Positions 23,521 to 35,469 of a stretch of DNA of 46,274 nucleotides are shown here, piece by piece. Both the position numbers and the translations under genes were made by a program. Numbering within the stretch: position 1 is the first letter of the stretch; each line of letters starts with the position of its first letter. The notes under the pieces are model-generated. The model worked only from the letters and a program-made list of their open reading frames with translations, had not been told where the DNA came from and made no database searches. Source of the DNA: Octopus sinensis (Eukaryota); NCBI RefSeq assembly GCF_006345805.1, contig NW_021834628.1:1-46274 (forward strand), written 5' to 3'.

Positions 23521-23905
23521 GACACAGGAGTGACTGTGTGGTAAGTAGCTTGCTAACCAACCACATGTTCGGTTCGTCCCACTGCGTGGCATCTTGGGGC
23601 AAGTGTCTTCCTTGGCCGACCAAAGCCTTGTGAGTGGATTTGGTAGACGGAAACTGAAAGAAGCCTGTCGTATATATGTATATGTATATATATGTGTGTG
23701 ATGTAAGTGTCTGTGTATCTGTGTTTGTCCCTCTAGCATTGCTTTCACAACCGAGCTGGTGTGTTTATGTCCCCGTCACTTAGCGGTTCGGCAAAGTGAC
23801 AGATAGAATAAGTACTGGGCTTACAAAGAATAAGTCCGGGGGGATTTGCTCGAATAAAGGTGGTGCTCCAGCATGGCCGCAGTCAAATGACTGAAACAAG
23901 TAAAA
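23521..23905 (+). mobile_element. tRNA-derived SINE family B, full length
   Basis: gacacaggagtgactgtgtggtaagtagcttgc...gttcggttcgtcccactgcg...ccagcatggccgcagtcaaatgactgaaacaagtaaaa. Confidence 0.9.
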
Positions 23906-24267
23906 AAAAATACATATATATGTGTGTGTTGTATGTGTGTGTGTGTTTGTATTGTGTGTGGTGTGTGTTGTATGTGTTTGTGTGTGTGTGTGTGTGTTTG
24001 TATGTGTGTATGTGTGTATGTGTGTATGTATAATGTAGATAGCTTAAAATCAAGTGTGTATTCTTGAAACACATCTGCTTATTCCAGTATTCCAAAAATC
24101 CGTATGTATTTATTATATTTGTGTGATGATTTATTTGATTTTCTGTCTGAAGAATTCAATAGAAGACATCTTACATCTCTTTTCATGTACTCTTTTCTCA
24201 CTCGATTTAGCAAATGAATCAAATACAATGTTAAATAATTAATGCCAAAATATCTTCACAAAATCCT

Positions 24268-24275
24268 GTTTTCAT

Positions 24276-24322
<47 letters not shown>

Positions 24323-24400
24323 ATCTATCTATCTATCTATTTATCTATCTATTATCTATCTATATTATCTTATCTATCTATCTATCTATCTATCTCTATC

Positions 24401-24447
<47 letters not shown>

Positions 24448-24466
24448 ATCTATCTATCTTCTATCT
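24268..24466. repeat. (TATC)n array, 5' flank of Tx1 copy 1
   Basis: Directly visible. Confidence 0.95.
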
Positions 24467-26967
24467 CTCGCTCACTGGTAGAATGAACAGGGGCGCGAAT
24501 TGCTCGAAGCCAAGTAAAATGTGTGAGGCCTTTCAGCAGCATTTTGCCCGACTGTTCGGGACGAGTGGAGGGCAAGAACGTAGGGTAGACTTCAGTGCCT
24601 ACCTACATAGCCTGCCACGACTCTCGACAAAGAAAGGCAGGGTGCTGCGAAGGCTGCCATCACGGCGGCGGAAGTGCGGGAAGCGATGGCAGAATGCTCG
24701 AGGGACAAATCACCGGGTTTGGATGGTCTACCCTACGAATTTTACTATTGTATGCCAGACTTGTTTGGAGACGTCTTGGCAGCGGTCGGTATACTGCAAA
24801 CTGGCAGCAAAAAACGGGAGCATACCGTTTTGTGAGTCGAGAGCTGTTGTAACTCTGCTGAAGAAAGATCCAAACAAGGGAAACATTATAGATAACTTTA
24901 GGCCAATCACTCTGCTCAATGCAGACCTGAAAATTTTGACAAAGGTGTTAGCCAAAGAGGTTGGCGCTTGTCATGGAGAAAACTGGTCGACAACGCACAA
25001 ACGTGCGCCGTGCCGGGCCGGAGAATCCATGACAACCTCCATCTGATGCCGCTACATCATAGACAGGGAGTTAACGAACCTGGCATGGGTGGGGCACTGA
25101 TCAACTTGGATCAATCGAAAGCCTTTGATAGGGTAGACCATCGATACTTGGAGGCAGTCGTGAGAGAGCGGCTGGTTTCGGTCTCGTCTTCCGCGGCTGG
25201 ATAGCTGCCTTGTACAGAGGCATCCGTTCGGGGATAATTCGCCGTAAATGGACATCTATCGAGACCCTTCGACATTGCACGTTGGGTCCGTCAGGGATGC
25301 CCCTCTCGGCGCTTCTATACGTATTGACTCTTGAGCCACTAATGCGGAAGCTGGCGACTCTGAGGGGCATCCCGCGAGAATTAGGATGCGGGACGAGCGT
25401 GTCTGCATACGCGACGACGTCACCGTCATAGTGTCAAGCCACGAGCACATCGAGCCGGGTCGCGAGACACTGAAAGACTACGCGAAGCGGTGACAGGAGC
25501 AAAAAATCAACCGGGAAAAGTCAGTGGGCTTGCGTACATCGCGTCCATATCTACTACCGCCTGACCGTCGTACCTTGTCCCGACCCTACCACACCAAAGT
25601 AGTAAACGCATCCTCTTCAGCTTCTTGTGGAAAGGATGCGTCCCGATGGTCAGGCGATCCATTGCTGTCAACACCCGTTAAAAGGAGGGCTGGGCATGCC
25701 TTGAGTTGATGATGCGAAGACACGCGCTGAGACTGCGACATCTCCGGCTCTATGTAGACGACGGTGAACAGGTGTGGTCGCCGTTTGTGAGGCACGCATT
25801 CCCGCAACTCGTCTCCATGACCGAACTACAGTCGTGGATCAAAAAAGAGGACGAAGAAGGGCGAATGGCACCGCGGTGTCGCGTTGCTCTCAAGCAACTC
25901 TGGCCGTCCCGGGTCGACCTTGAGTGACTTCAAACAACCCAAAGCATTCTATAGGGGATTAGTGGAGGGAGGTACGACGACGAGCTCGGGGCAAACCTGG
26001 GCGTCGACGAGGAATACCTGACCCGCCTGTTTCAAACGACTTTCGGCCCGGGACCTATGGACAACTTCCAGAGATTCAGGGCATGGCGTTCTACCGAGAA
26101 GCGCCACCCGTTCGGATAAGCTCTATAGGCATGGCTCGAGAAAACACGGGCCGACCTGCCCGAGATGCGGGCAGAGCGACGAAACCGCTCTGCACGCAAT
26201 CGTGCAGTGTCCAGCAATTCCCACCTGTGGGCTTATGTCGAACGACTGCTGTCACGTGTGGGACGTGTCGGTTTATCAGCGAGTCTATCGTTAATATCGT
26301 CACGCCCCCTTCCTTCAAACGGGAAGGAAGAGCTATTTTTATCATACTTGTGGCTAGGCGAAAGAATGTATCTGGTGCCGCGTCTGAAAGGATTAGAGAC
26401 AAACACTTTCCTCTCTGGTCAATCTCTCATCAACTTCTTCAAGTATCACTTGAAGAAAAAAGTGAGAGTAGAGAGGCAAGTTTTGTCTAGTGAATTTAAA
26501 AAAAAGATGGGTGAATGTAACAAGGATGGCACGTATGAATGACGAAGCCACTTGACTATGTTCTATGAACCGTAAAAAATAATACAGAGAGTTGCTTATT
26601 TGCAAAAAAAAAAAAAAAAGAAATATAAATGTGACTTCATTGACCGAGGGTACCGTGGTCTTTTCCGTAGGCTTTTCTTTCCACGGGATAAACCTCACCT
26701 GTCCTCCCTTTACACTTCATATGACATTTCTGCTGATAACGATCCCTATTGATCAATTTTTTTCCTCTCCCCTTTTTTTTTTAACCCCCCCTTTTTTTGT
26801 CCTCTTTCTCTCCTTTTACGATCCCTTTTGATCGACCCCCCCCTTTTTATTTTATTTTATTTTTATTTTTAATTTTTTATTTTTTTTTATTTTTTAACCT
26901 TCAAAAGAAAAGCTTACCTTGTAATTTGTTCTATCTGTGTGCAGCCCTGTGTGGCTAATAAAGAAAC
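24467..26967 (+). mobile_element. Tx1-clade (L1 group) LINE, copy 1: 5'-truncated, frameshifted, internally deleted RT region plus 3' UTR
   Basis: VVTLLKKDPNKGNIIDNFRPITLLNADLKILTKV, LINLDQSKAFDRVDHRYL, LYVLTLEPL, SAYADDV and a C-terminal CxxC region; colinear with copy 2. Confidence 0.92.
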
Positions 26968-27130
26968 ATATCTATCTATCTCTCTATCTATCTATCTATC
27001 TGTCTTTCTACCTCCTACCTATCTGTCTGTCTATCCATCTATCTATTTCTGTCTATCTATCTACTGTCTGTCTGTCTGTCTATCTATCTATCTGTCTGTT
27101 GTCTATATATCTATCTGTATGTATGTCTGC
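26968..27130. repeat. (TATC)/(TGTC)n array, 3' flank of Tx1 copy 1
   Basis: Directly visible. Confidence 0.9.
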
Positions 27131-27580
27131 CTGGTCTATCCGTTTGTGTCTGTGTCTTGCCTGTCTCTCACTCCCTGAGTATATATTATATTATATATAT
27201 ACATACATAATAATACATACATACATATATATATGTGTGTGTTAGTGCGTATGTCTGAACGAATGTGTGAGTACGTATACGTATATATGGGTAACTATGT
27301 CTAATAATTTGATAGTTAGTGATCTATTGGATTATCTGTTATCTTTTAAATTCTACTGATAAGATGTAATTCTCCAATTACCGCCATTTCTAACTGTATG
27401 GTTTTGCTGAAGTACGTATATAATGGCTTCCTCTCCACTGTTTTTCAATCGCTGTCTTTACTCACAGAAGTGGTTGGAATTCACCTCTGCATAACCGCCC
27501 ACTCCCACCAATTATAGTCAAAATAACACACCAATGTATGAAACGCATATGTACCTTTTTCTATCATCTATCTATCTATC

Positions 27581-27630
<50 letters not shown>

Positions 27631-27934
27631 GGACGTGCTGTCACTTCGGCTCCGAAGGTCATCCTTTTTTTTTTACTATTTATAGCCCATATTTTGTGTA
27701 CATTTTTGCAAATAAGGTGTGTAAGGCACCCAACTTTCGTTTGAGTGCTTTTCCAAGGGAGGATTCGCCCTAGGGGCAGTTTCAACCCCATTCATTTCTG
27801 TAATTTTTTTCTCGACATTAGAAAATGTCGAGAAATGTTAATGTAGAACGCTAGTCGCGTTCTTTTATGGACCAGCATTTTCCTAGTCTGGAAACGCTAG
27901 GAGAAAAAAAGACGTAGGCACGCAAAGTGCAAAC

Positions 27935-29710
27935 ATGAATATCGGTGGAATGAACGCTGCAACCACGTGCGGGTAACAGCCTGTCATCACCACCACCACC
28001 ACTAACAACAGCAACACGAGACTATACTGCTACCGCCACCACCTCCACCACCACCACCACCACCACCACTACCACGACCAACATAAATGATAAAAATAAA
28101 ACTCACACGAAAACTATTGAAAAAAACAACAGCAACAACAAGAACAACAATAAAAATGAACTATCTAATAGTGAAGATGTTAATACAAAAAAGTCAACAA
28201 CACCAGTAAATTTCGCTGACACTCTTCGCCAGAAGAAGGAGATTGTAACATTTACAAATGAAGAGCTCATAGAAACAAGAGCTCCCTTTACAACCCGTGG
28301 ACAAGATTTAGTGCTGCATACACTCAACACATAAAGCAAGAAATAGAAAATAAGACAATTATTTATAAAATTATAAGAAAAAACAAAAAAACTAAATGAA
28401 CAGATTACAAAAACGGATGTAGAAAAATGCTTAAAAAACATAATGAAAGAAAAAAGAATATAAACTGGGGTCCCCAATTTAAACAGTAGTGGTCCGCTTT
28501 CCCTAACCAGGAAGTGGCAAAAGCTCACTCTACTGAGTTTCTGGGAAATGATGAAATCATCATGGTCCCATACTATAAAACCAGAGAGTGAGTCGAATCA
28601 CTATTAAAAATGTACCTCCCGAGATTCCTAACAAGTGGATAACAGGGCAATCTGTCACCATTTAAAAAATATCAACATTTGGAAACAGCCGTTGTACCTT
28701 GACGACATTTGGGGTGGGAATACAATAGTGGGGACCATACAGATTGAGGGGGCCTCTATCGAGAGCCTACCGGATAAGATCAACTTGGAAAATGGGCAAT
28801 GCCTATATGTTGTAGCAGAAGGCAAAAAGCCTAGATGCTACAAACTGTGGCAGCCCCGAACATTTAATTGCCAAGTGCGCTCTGGTACAGAAAAAACAAG
28901 AAAGAACAAATCAGAAAAAAAATAAAAACCCTTGTTGCCAACACCAACACCAACACACTCAATTATGGAACAATGCCAAGAAAAACAACAAACCAGCAAA
29001 CAAACCCCGACAACATCACCAAGAAAAGAAACAGTACCAACACAATCACCGTTGACGTCACAACCAATTAAACATGTTGAATCAACAAAAAATAGACCCA
29101 CACCCACACCCAGGACGACAATTAAAAAGACAGAAAACAGTGACGAGAAGACAAATTCTACCCCTAAACCACAACAACACAAACACCGCACAAAACATCA
29201 ACAATTTTTACAAGCATACATAGTAATGCAAATGCTTTGCCTTTACCTTCTACTGATACGTCGGACGACGAAAGTTCGACGGAATGGCAAATAGCCACAG
29301 GGAGTAAAAGGAAAAGATCCAAAAAATCCACCAAACAAGGAAGTAAAGCAGAGAGATATCTAACTCCGGACAACATCCCCCTAGACAATCAAAAAAGCAA
29401 TGAAACCTTAAAACCACACACACAACTAACTGCAATAGACACAGACAATAAAGAATTAATGGACTACATCACATCCAGCACGGTCATTTGTGAAGATGAC
29501 TTTAAGACAAACAATCATCCGCACACCACACCACCGACACACATCAGACTTTTACACATAGCACAAGCACAACACCACATACTGAAAACAATATTTCCGA
29601 ATGCGGTAGGCGGGTTTCAACGATACCTGTCGAAAAAACTATACAAACACCTCATCAAAAACAATACAAAAGAAGAAGAAAAAAAAGAAACTTTTAAAAT
29701 GAGTAAGTGA
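27935..29710 (+). pseudogene. Tx1 ORF1 (gag-like) relic
   Basis: A/C-rich broken reading frames. At 28836-28878, tgc tac aaa c tgt ggc agc ccc gaa cat tta att gcc aag tgc reads C-YK-C-GSPE-H-LIAK-C (CX2CX4HX4C) if one inserted base is removed. Start position uncertain. Confidence 0.65.
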
Positions 29711-29767
29711 CCTCCCCTCTTGCCTCTTGTCTCTTCTAATGTAGTGTGTAAAACACAATTTTCGTAA

Positions 29768-32644
29768 ATGTCAAGTATGCTTAAATTAGGTTGTGTGAAT
29801 GCGCGTGGCTTGGGGTCGGCTTGGAAGCAAGGTTACCTTCTAAACGACATCAAGTCACTGAATGTGGATATAGTAGCTATCAGTGAAACCAGACTCAGTA
29901 AGCCGCGGGCCCTCGAGTCCATGTTTGGCAATCAATTTGACATTTATTTTTCTCCCTGTCTGCCGAACATGGGTTTACAGGAACCGGATTAGCGAGTTAA
30001 TTAAGAGGGCGCTGACGGGAGCCGTCGTTAACAACCGCTGGTGGTACGCCCTGAAAATGGCAATAAAATCGGAATCAATTAGGTTTAGCAAGGAATTAGC
30101 GATAGAACGAAATAGAGTAGAGGGAGACTTGGTTAAGAAACTAGAAGAGGCACTTACCACTGGCAGCGCAACCAACGTGCTGGCTGCGAGGATGGCCCTC
30201 GGCCAACACCTCAATGCCAAGCATGAAGGTTGCGTCGTCAGAGCTAAAATGCGTGCCTTAACGAACGAAGGGATCGAAGCTGCGCGAGAGGCCCGGGTAG
30301 CGGAGGCGCAGCGTGGCAACAGAGCCACCATTCGGTCTCTAATAGATCAAAGGGATGCAGTTTACTCGAACCCGAAAGGATGTGTGAGGCCTTTCAACAG
30401 CACTTTGCTCGACTGTTTGGTGCGAGTGGTGGGTCGGAACGCGGGATGGATTTCAGTGCCTACCTGACCGACCTGCCGCGGCTCTCGGCAAGAGAAGCGG
30501 AGTGTGTGTGAAAGTCCCATCACAGCCGCTGACGTGTGGGTGGGATGCGATGGCGGGCTGCGCGAGGATAAGTCGCTGGATTGGATGGTTTACTCTACGA
30601 GCTCTATTGTCGAATGCCAGATTGTTTGGCGACCTCTTGGCATCAGTCTACTGCAACTGGCAACAAAACGGGAGAATCCCCGGTTCGTGAGCCGAGGTGC
30701 AGTAACGTTGCTGAAGAAAGACCCAAAGAAGGGGAATTTTATAGATAATTTCAGGCCCATCACTCTGCTCAACGCAGATTTGAAATTTTGGCCAAAAGTA
30801 ATAGCCGAGAGGTTGGCGCTTGTCATTGGTAAACTGGTCGACAGGGCGCAAACATGCGCCGTGCCGGGGCAGAAACCATACATGACAACCTCCATCTGAT
30901 GCGCTACATTGTGGACAGGGTAGTAAGGATCCTGGCATGGGTGGGGGGCGCTGGTAAATTTGGATCAGTCTAAAGCCTTCGATAGGGTCGACCATCGGTA
31001 CTTGGCGGCCGTCCTCAGGGCGGCTGGCTTCGGTCCCGTCTTCCGCGGTTGGATCGCTGCCTTGTATAGCGGCATCCGATCGGTATTCGGGTGAACGGTC
31101 ACCTGTCGAAACCGTTTGACATCACGCGTTCGGTCCGTCAGGGGTGTCTCCTGTCGGCGCTTCTGTATGTATTGACTCTTGAGCCGCTACTGCGGAAGCT
31201 GGCGACTCTGAGGGGTATCCCACGGGAACTGGGTTGCGGGACGAGCGTGTCGGCATATGCGGACGATGTCACCGTCATAGTGTCGAGCGACAAACACTTC
31301 AAGATGATTGGCGAGACACTGAGAAAATACGAAACGGTGACGGGAGCAAAGATTAACCCGGAAAAGTCAGTGGGTTTGCTACTCGGCACCTGGAGAAGCA
31401 AGCCCATGCCGTCCGACTGCGGCTCAGTAGTGGGACGCTGGACGGACGGACCGGTTAAATTGCTCGGGGTCTGGTTCAGTCCGGACCTCCAAATGGATAA
31501 GAACTGGGACGAGATCACGAGTAGAGTGGTGGCTCTCAGCCACACATGGGCCGAGAGAAAGCTGTCTCTAAAAAGCCGGGCGGAGGTGGCGAACGCGTAC
31601 ATCGCATCCGTCATCGATTACCGCCTGACCGTCGTACCTTGTCCCGACGCCACCATCACCAAACTGGAACGCATACTCTTCCGCTTCCTGTGGAAGGGTG
31701 GCGTTCCGATGGTGAGGAAGTCCATTTGCTGTCAACATCCGTTGAATGGAGGACTGGACATGCCGTGGTTGATGATGCGCTGGCATGCGCTGAGACTGCG
31801 ACATCTCTGGAAATTCATCGACGACGGTGAACAGGTGTGGGCGCCGTTTGTGAGGCGCGACTTCCCGCAGCTCGTCTCACTGACCGAACTGCAAGCGTGG
31901 ATCAAAAAGAGACCGAAACTGGGCGATTGGCACCGAGAGTGTCGCCAAGCTCTACAGCAGCTCTGCCGACCGGGGTCAAACTTGTGCATCTTACAAACGA
32001 CTAAAGCGTTCTATAGAGGACTAGTGGAGGGGAGGTTCGACGACACACTCGGGGCAAACCTGGGCGTCGACGAAGAATTCCTAACCCGCCTGTTCAGGAC
32101 GACGTTCGGGCCGGGGCCTATGGATAACTTCCAGAAATCCCTGGCTTTGCAGTGCTATCGAGACGCACTACCTGTTCGAGAGAAGAACTACAGATACGGT
32201 TCGAAAACCATCACCGGACCGACCTGCCCGAGATGCGGTCAGAGCGACGAAACCGTTCTGCACGCACTCGTGCAGTGTCCAGATATTTCAGAGCTGTGGC
32301 CCTTCGTCGAACAGCTGTTGTCACGTGTAGGTCGGGCTCGCCTATCGGCCGAGTCTATCGAGGATGTTGTTCCACCACCTTCCTTTAAACGGGAAGGGAA
32401 AACGGTTTTCGTTACGCTGATGGCTATGGCGAAAGAATGTGTGTGGTAGACGCGTTTGAAAGGACTGCAAACAAACACCTTCCTCTCTGGTCAGTCTCTC
32501 GTCAACTTTTTCAAGTACCACTTGAAAAGGAGGATGAGAATAGAGAGGAAGGCTTTGTCGAACGAATGTTTTAATAAAAAGTGGGTAAAAGTGGCAAAAA
32601 TGGTCAGTATGAAAGACGACACTATTTTAAGCATAAATTTGTAA
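29768..32644 (+). pseudogene. Tx1 ORF2 (APE endonuclease - reverse transcriptase - zinc knuckle), frameshifted, APE core deleted
   Basis: MLKLGCVNARGL...DIVAISET (APE motifs I-II), RPITLLNADLK, LDQSKAFDRVDH, SVRQGCLLS, SAYADDVTV, TCPRCGQSDETVLHALVQC. Longest open piece 31091-32449; premature TAG at 32447-32449. Confidence 0.92.
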
Positions 32645-32946
32645 CCAAAAGAGACAAAGAGAAGTAAGGCGACTTACTCATGAGTTCTTTTTCGAATTGT
32701 CTGAGGTGGCCTTGGTCTTTTTTGTAGGTTTTTCTTTCCAAGGCTACACCTAAACTGCGAACCTTATATATATATATATATATATTGCCTTTTTATACAC
32801 CACACAACCCACAGATCCCTATTGATTAAACGTGTTTTTTTTTGGGTTTTTTTGTGCCCCACCCATCCCACCTCGAAAAGAAAAAAATCTATATTGTATT
32901 TCGTCCATTTTTATTGTGTTTAGCCCTGTGTGGCTACAATAAAAAG

Positions 32947-32947
<1 letters not shown>

Positions 32948-32983
<36 letters not shown>

Positions 32984-33050
32984 AACCTATCTATCCATCT
33001 ATCTATCTATCTATCTATATATCTATCTATCTATCTATCTATATATATAT

Positions 33051-33086
<36 letters not shown>

Positions 33087-33088
33087 CT
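32948..33088. repeat. (TATC)n grading into (TA)n, 3' flank of Tx1 copy 2
   Basis: Directly visible. Confidence 0.95.
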
Positions 33089-33272
33089 ACCAAATTAGAA
33101 AATGGAGAAACATACTTAAATCAATAAAACATCAACTATCAGATTATACCCAAACATTACTTTATTACACCATTACAAATCAGTAAAGGCATTATACAAA
33201 ATATACAGTAAATGTAAATAGACAAAGAGATATAAGTATAAAATTTCAAATATAATATGTAATTAAATCACA

Positions 33273-33382
33273 TCTGACAGCTGTTTCGGCAGCGAGGGCA
33301 GTCATACCTCATTTAACCTATAAGCCATAAAGGCAGGTATAAATGAGGCATTAACAAGGATGCCCCACGGCCTCTTCAGAGA
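33273..33382 (-). ncRNA. Type-I hammerhead ribozyme with a long structured stem II (family C-PLE)
   Basis: TCT-CTGAAGA-GGC[about 80 nt]GCC-GAAA-CAGCTGT-C-AGA; palindrome ACAGCTGT; GUC site. The insert has GGGGCA/TGCCCT and TGCCTCATTTA/TAAATGAGGTA pairings. Confidence 0.8.
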
Positions 33383-33729
33383 ATTAAATTTGTTATAATT
33401 GTGAAAAAAATTATTTTTCCATATACATATAAATATAAAAATATAAAAATGTAAAATATAAAAACTTATGCATAAACTTCATAATGCTACACTTATATGA
33501 TATAATACTCATTGGTACAATAATGCAAGGTAAACAAAACAAAATAAAACAAAATATATATCAGTGTATATATTAATATTAATAAGCACAGTTATTATAC
33601 ATATTTGGCTAATAGTTTTAAAAAACTAACACATAGGGAGATGAAAATTAATAATTAAAACCATGGTTCAGTTCATAAAATTATAAAAGCTATATATATA
33701 TATATATATCTTCCTACGTTCCTACCTAC

Positions 33730-34598
33730 CACCCTACCTACCTGGAAATATAGATAAGCTAGTAACAAAGTATTAAAAAAGAATCCACAATTCCGGGATA
33801 CAAATCGTCAGAGATTTAGCTATAGAGGATAGAACCGAGTCCTACGTCCCTCGAAAACCCCAAATTTTGCTTAAGGACCATAAATCTTATTTTTCTTTTT
33901 GACCTCCCTGTTAGATTAATTTGTCCATCTAAATCTGATATAGGTATTATTACTTTACAAAAATCATTGATACCCACCCTTAAGTCTAAAATTAGATTAG
34001 TCCTCTGGTCCGATATCAAAGAGGTGGCTGGATGGTTCAAGCTTCTAGAAATATTAACTGCTTGTAACTAGATATAGAGAACTATTATGCCACTATTAAA
34101 CTGATCGTCCATAGTAGAACCCTGATTTATAGCATCAAAAATTCCGATTTGTCTCGACGCGAAATAGATATTATACTTGCTGCACGAGCCACTCTAGGAA
34201 ATTCCGATGGTAGATTATGGAGTAAATTAGATAGGGAGAATGCATTTGTTATAGCAATGGGCTCATACAATTCTGCACAGGTCGCTGAACTAGTCGGAAT
34301 ATATATCCTTTCATTAATTCAGTCTTCCTTTCGGAAAGTATCAGGGCGTCTATATAGGGATGATGCTTTATTTTTTCTGGACAGAAGTAGCAAAGTGCAA
34401 TTATAAAAGCACAGGAAAAATTTCTTAAGACTTTTTAAAATCTTAGGACTAAACATTACTATGAGTAAAGATTATGGTAGAGTAAATTTTCTTGACGCTA
34501 CTTTCTGTCTTCATATTGGATTATTTGAACCATTTCATAAGTACATTAACGGGACTTCCAACAATCCACCCTGGAAAATACGGGAATTAGTTAAGAAT
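33730..34598 (+). pseudogene. Penelope-like element reverse transcriptase relic (Neptune-like)
   Basis: IVRDLAIEDR...ILLKDHK...VRLICPSKSDIG, FVIAMGSYNSAQVAELVGIYIL...LYRDDAL, NFLDATFCL...FEPFHK...SNNPP follow PLE RT motifs (LKDHK, MGS, YRDD, FLD); frameshifts present. Confidence 0.85.
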
Positions 34599-34734
34599 GG
34601 GGGCCCCTGATACAAGAGGACCTATAGCGACAATCAAGGAACACCACCATCCGAGATCACCCTAAATACCAAGGGCAAAGCCCTCTCCAACACCTTCTTT
34701 CCGACTGACAGGTCTACACTGAGAGTGGTCCCAT

Positions 34735-34825
34735 CCAGCGAAATTTGAACTCAGAATGTAAAGTGGGATGAAATGCCGCTAAGCATTTTACCAGTCACGG
34801 GAACAATACTGCCAGCTCACTGCCT
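34735..34825 (-). mobile_element. SINE family A head fragment
   Basis: aaatttgaactcagaatgta...aaatgccgctaagcattt...ctgccagctcactgcc. Confidence 0.7.
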
Positions 34826-34942
34826 TACACAGACAAATATTAACCTGTTACACAAGCTCAGATAATTTACTGTGTACAATCGTTTTGATCACCCTCCTTC
34901 ATGATATTTCCAGCTCCATAATTTATCACCAACTTAAGATTG

Positions 34943-35308
34943 AACAAGAGCATGCAGAGAGCGTATACCTCCGCCAAGGCAACACCAACTTCCTCCCAAC
35001 AATTAGCCAGAGATGATTTTCAAAATTAGAATATCTGAAATAAACTTGACTGCTCTCACAAACGAGAATACTAAAAATTAACCCGAGCGCCCTCAAAAAT
35101 TCAGTAAAAGAACAAGAAAAATAATCCAGAATCCTTGTCTTGTAATGCATCAATCCCAAAATCTAATCAGTTCGTTCCCATCGCAAGGCCAAACATCCCT
35201 GAAAGTTTCATCTGAATCCATACAACTGTTTTTGAGATATCTTGTCCAAAGACAAATAAAGAAACGCGACTGAAAAAATACCTCCACCTTTGCTAAGATG
35301 GAGATAAT
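34943..35308 (-). mobile_element. Helentron-associated non-autonomous element (HINE/DINE-1-like)
   Basis: Minus strand starts attatctccatcttagcaaaggtggaggt (5' hairpin/subTIR), has body aagatatctcaaaaac...gatgaaactttcagg, and ends ccttggcggaggtatacgctctctgcatgctcttgtt. Confidence 0.65.
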
Positions 35309-35349
35309 AAAAGGAAATAAAATACGTATTAATATAATTTAGAATACGA

Positions 35350-35455
35350 GGGTAGTGACCTGGCAGAATCATTAATACGCTGGGTTTTATCTCAGCGGCA
35401 TTTTATCCGTCTTCGCATTCAAATAGCACCGAGGTTCACTTTGCCGTTCATGCTT
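35350..35455 (+). mobile_element. Degenerate SINE family A 5' part
   Basis: gtgacctggcagaatcatta...ttcaaatagcaccgaggttcactttgccgttcat. Confidence 0.55.
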
Positions 35456-35469
35456 TGCGAATATATAAA

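Larger units (their letters stand above)
27631..32947 (+). mobile_element. Tx1-clade LINE, copy 2: near full length (5' UTR, ORF1, ORF2, 3' UTR), disabled
   Basis: Starts right after (TATC)n at 27560-27630 and ends ...gccctgtgtggctacaataaaaagt right before (TATC)n. Contains an ORF1 relic and ORF2 with APE N-terminus, RT and zinc knuckle. Confidence 0.92.

Noticed and set aside
27460-27520. Minus-strand GTGAGT splice donor between the two Tx1 copies
   Set aside because: No upstream acceptor or meaningful reading frame.
28103-29435. Hydrophobic minus-strand ORFs resembling membrane proteins
   Set aside because: Antisense shadows of the A/C-rich Tx1 ORF1.
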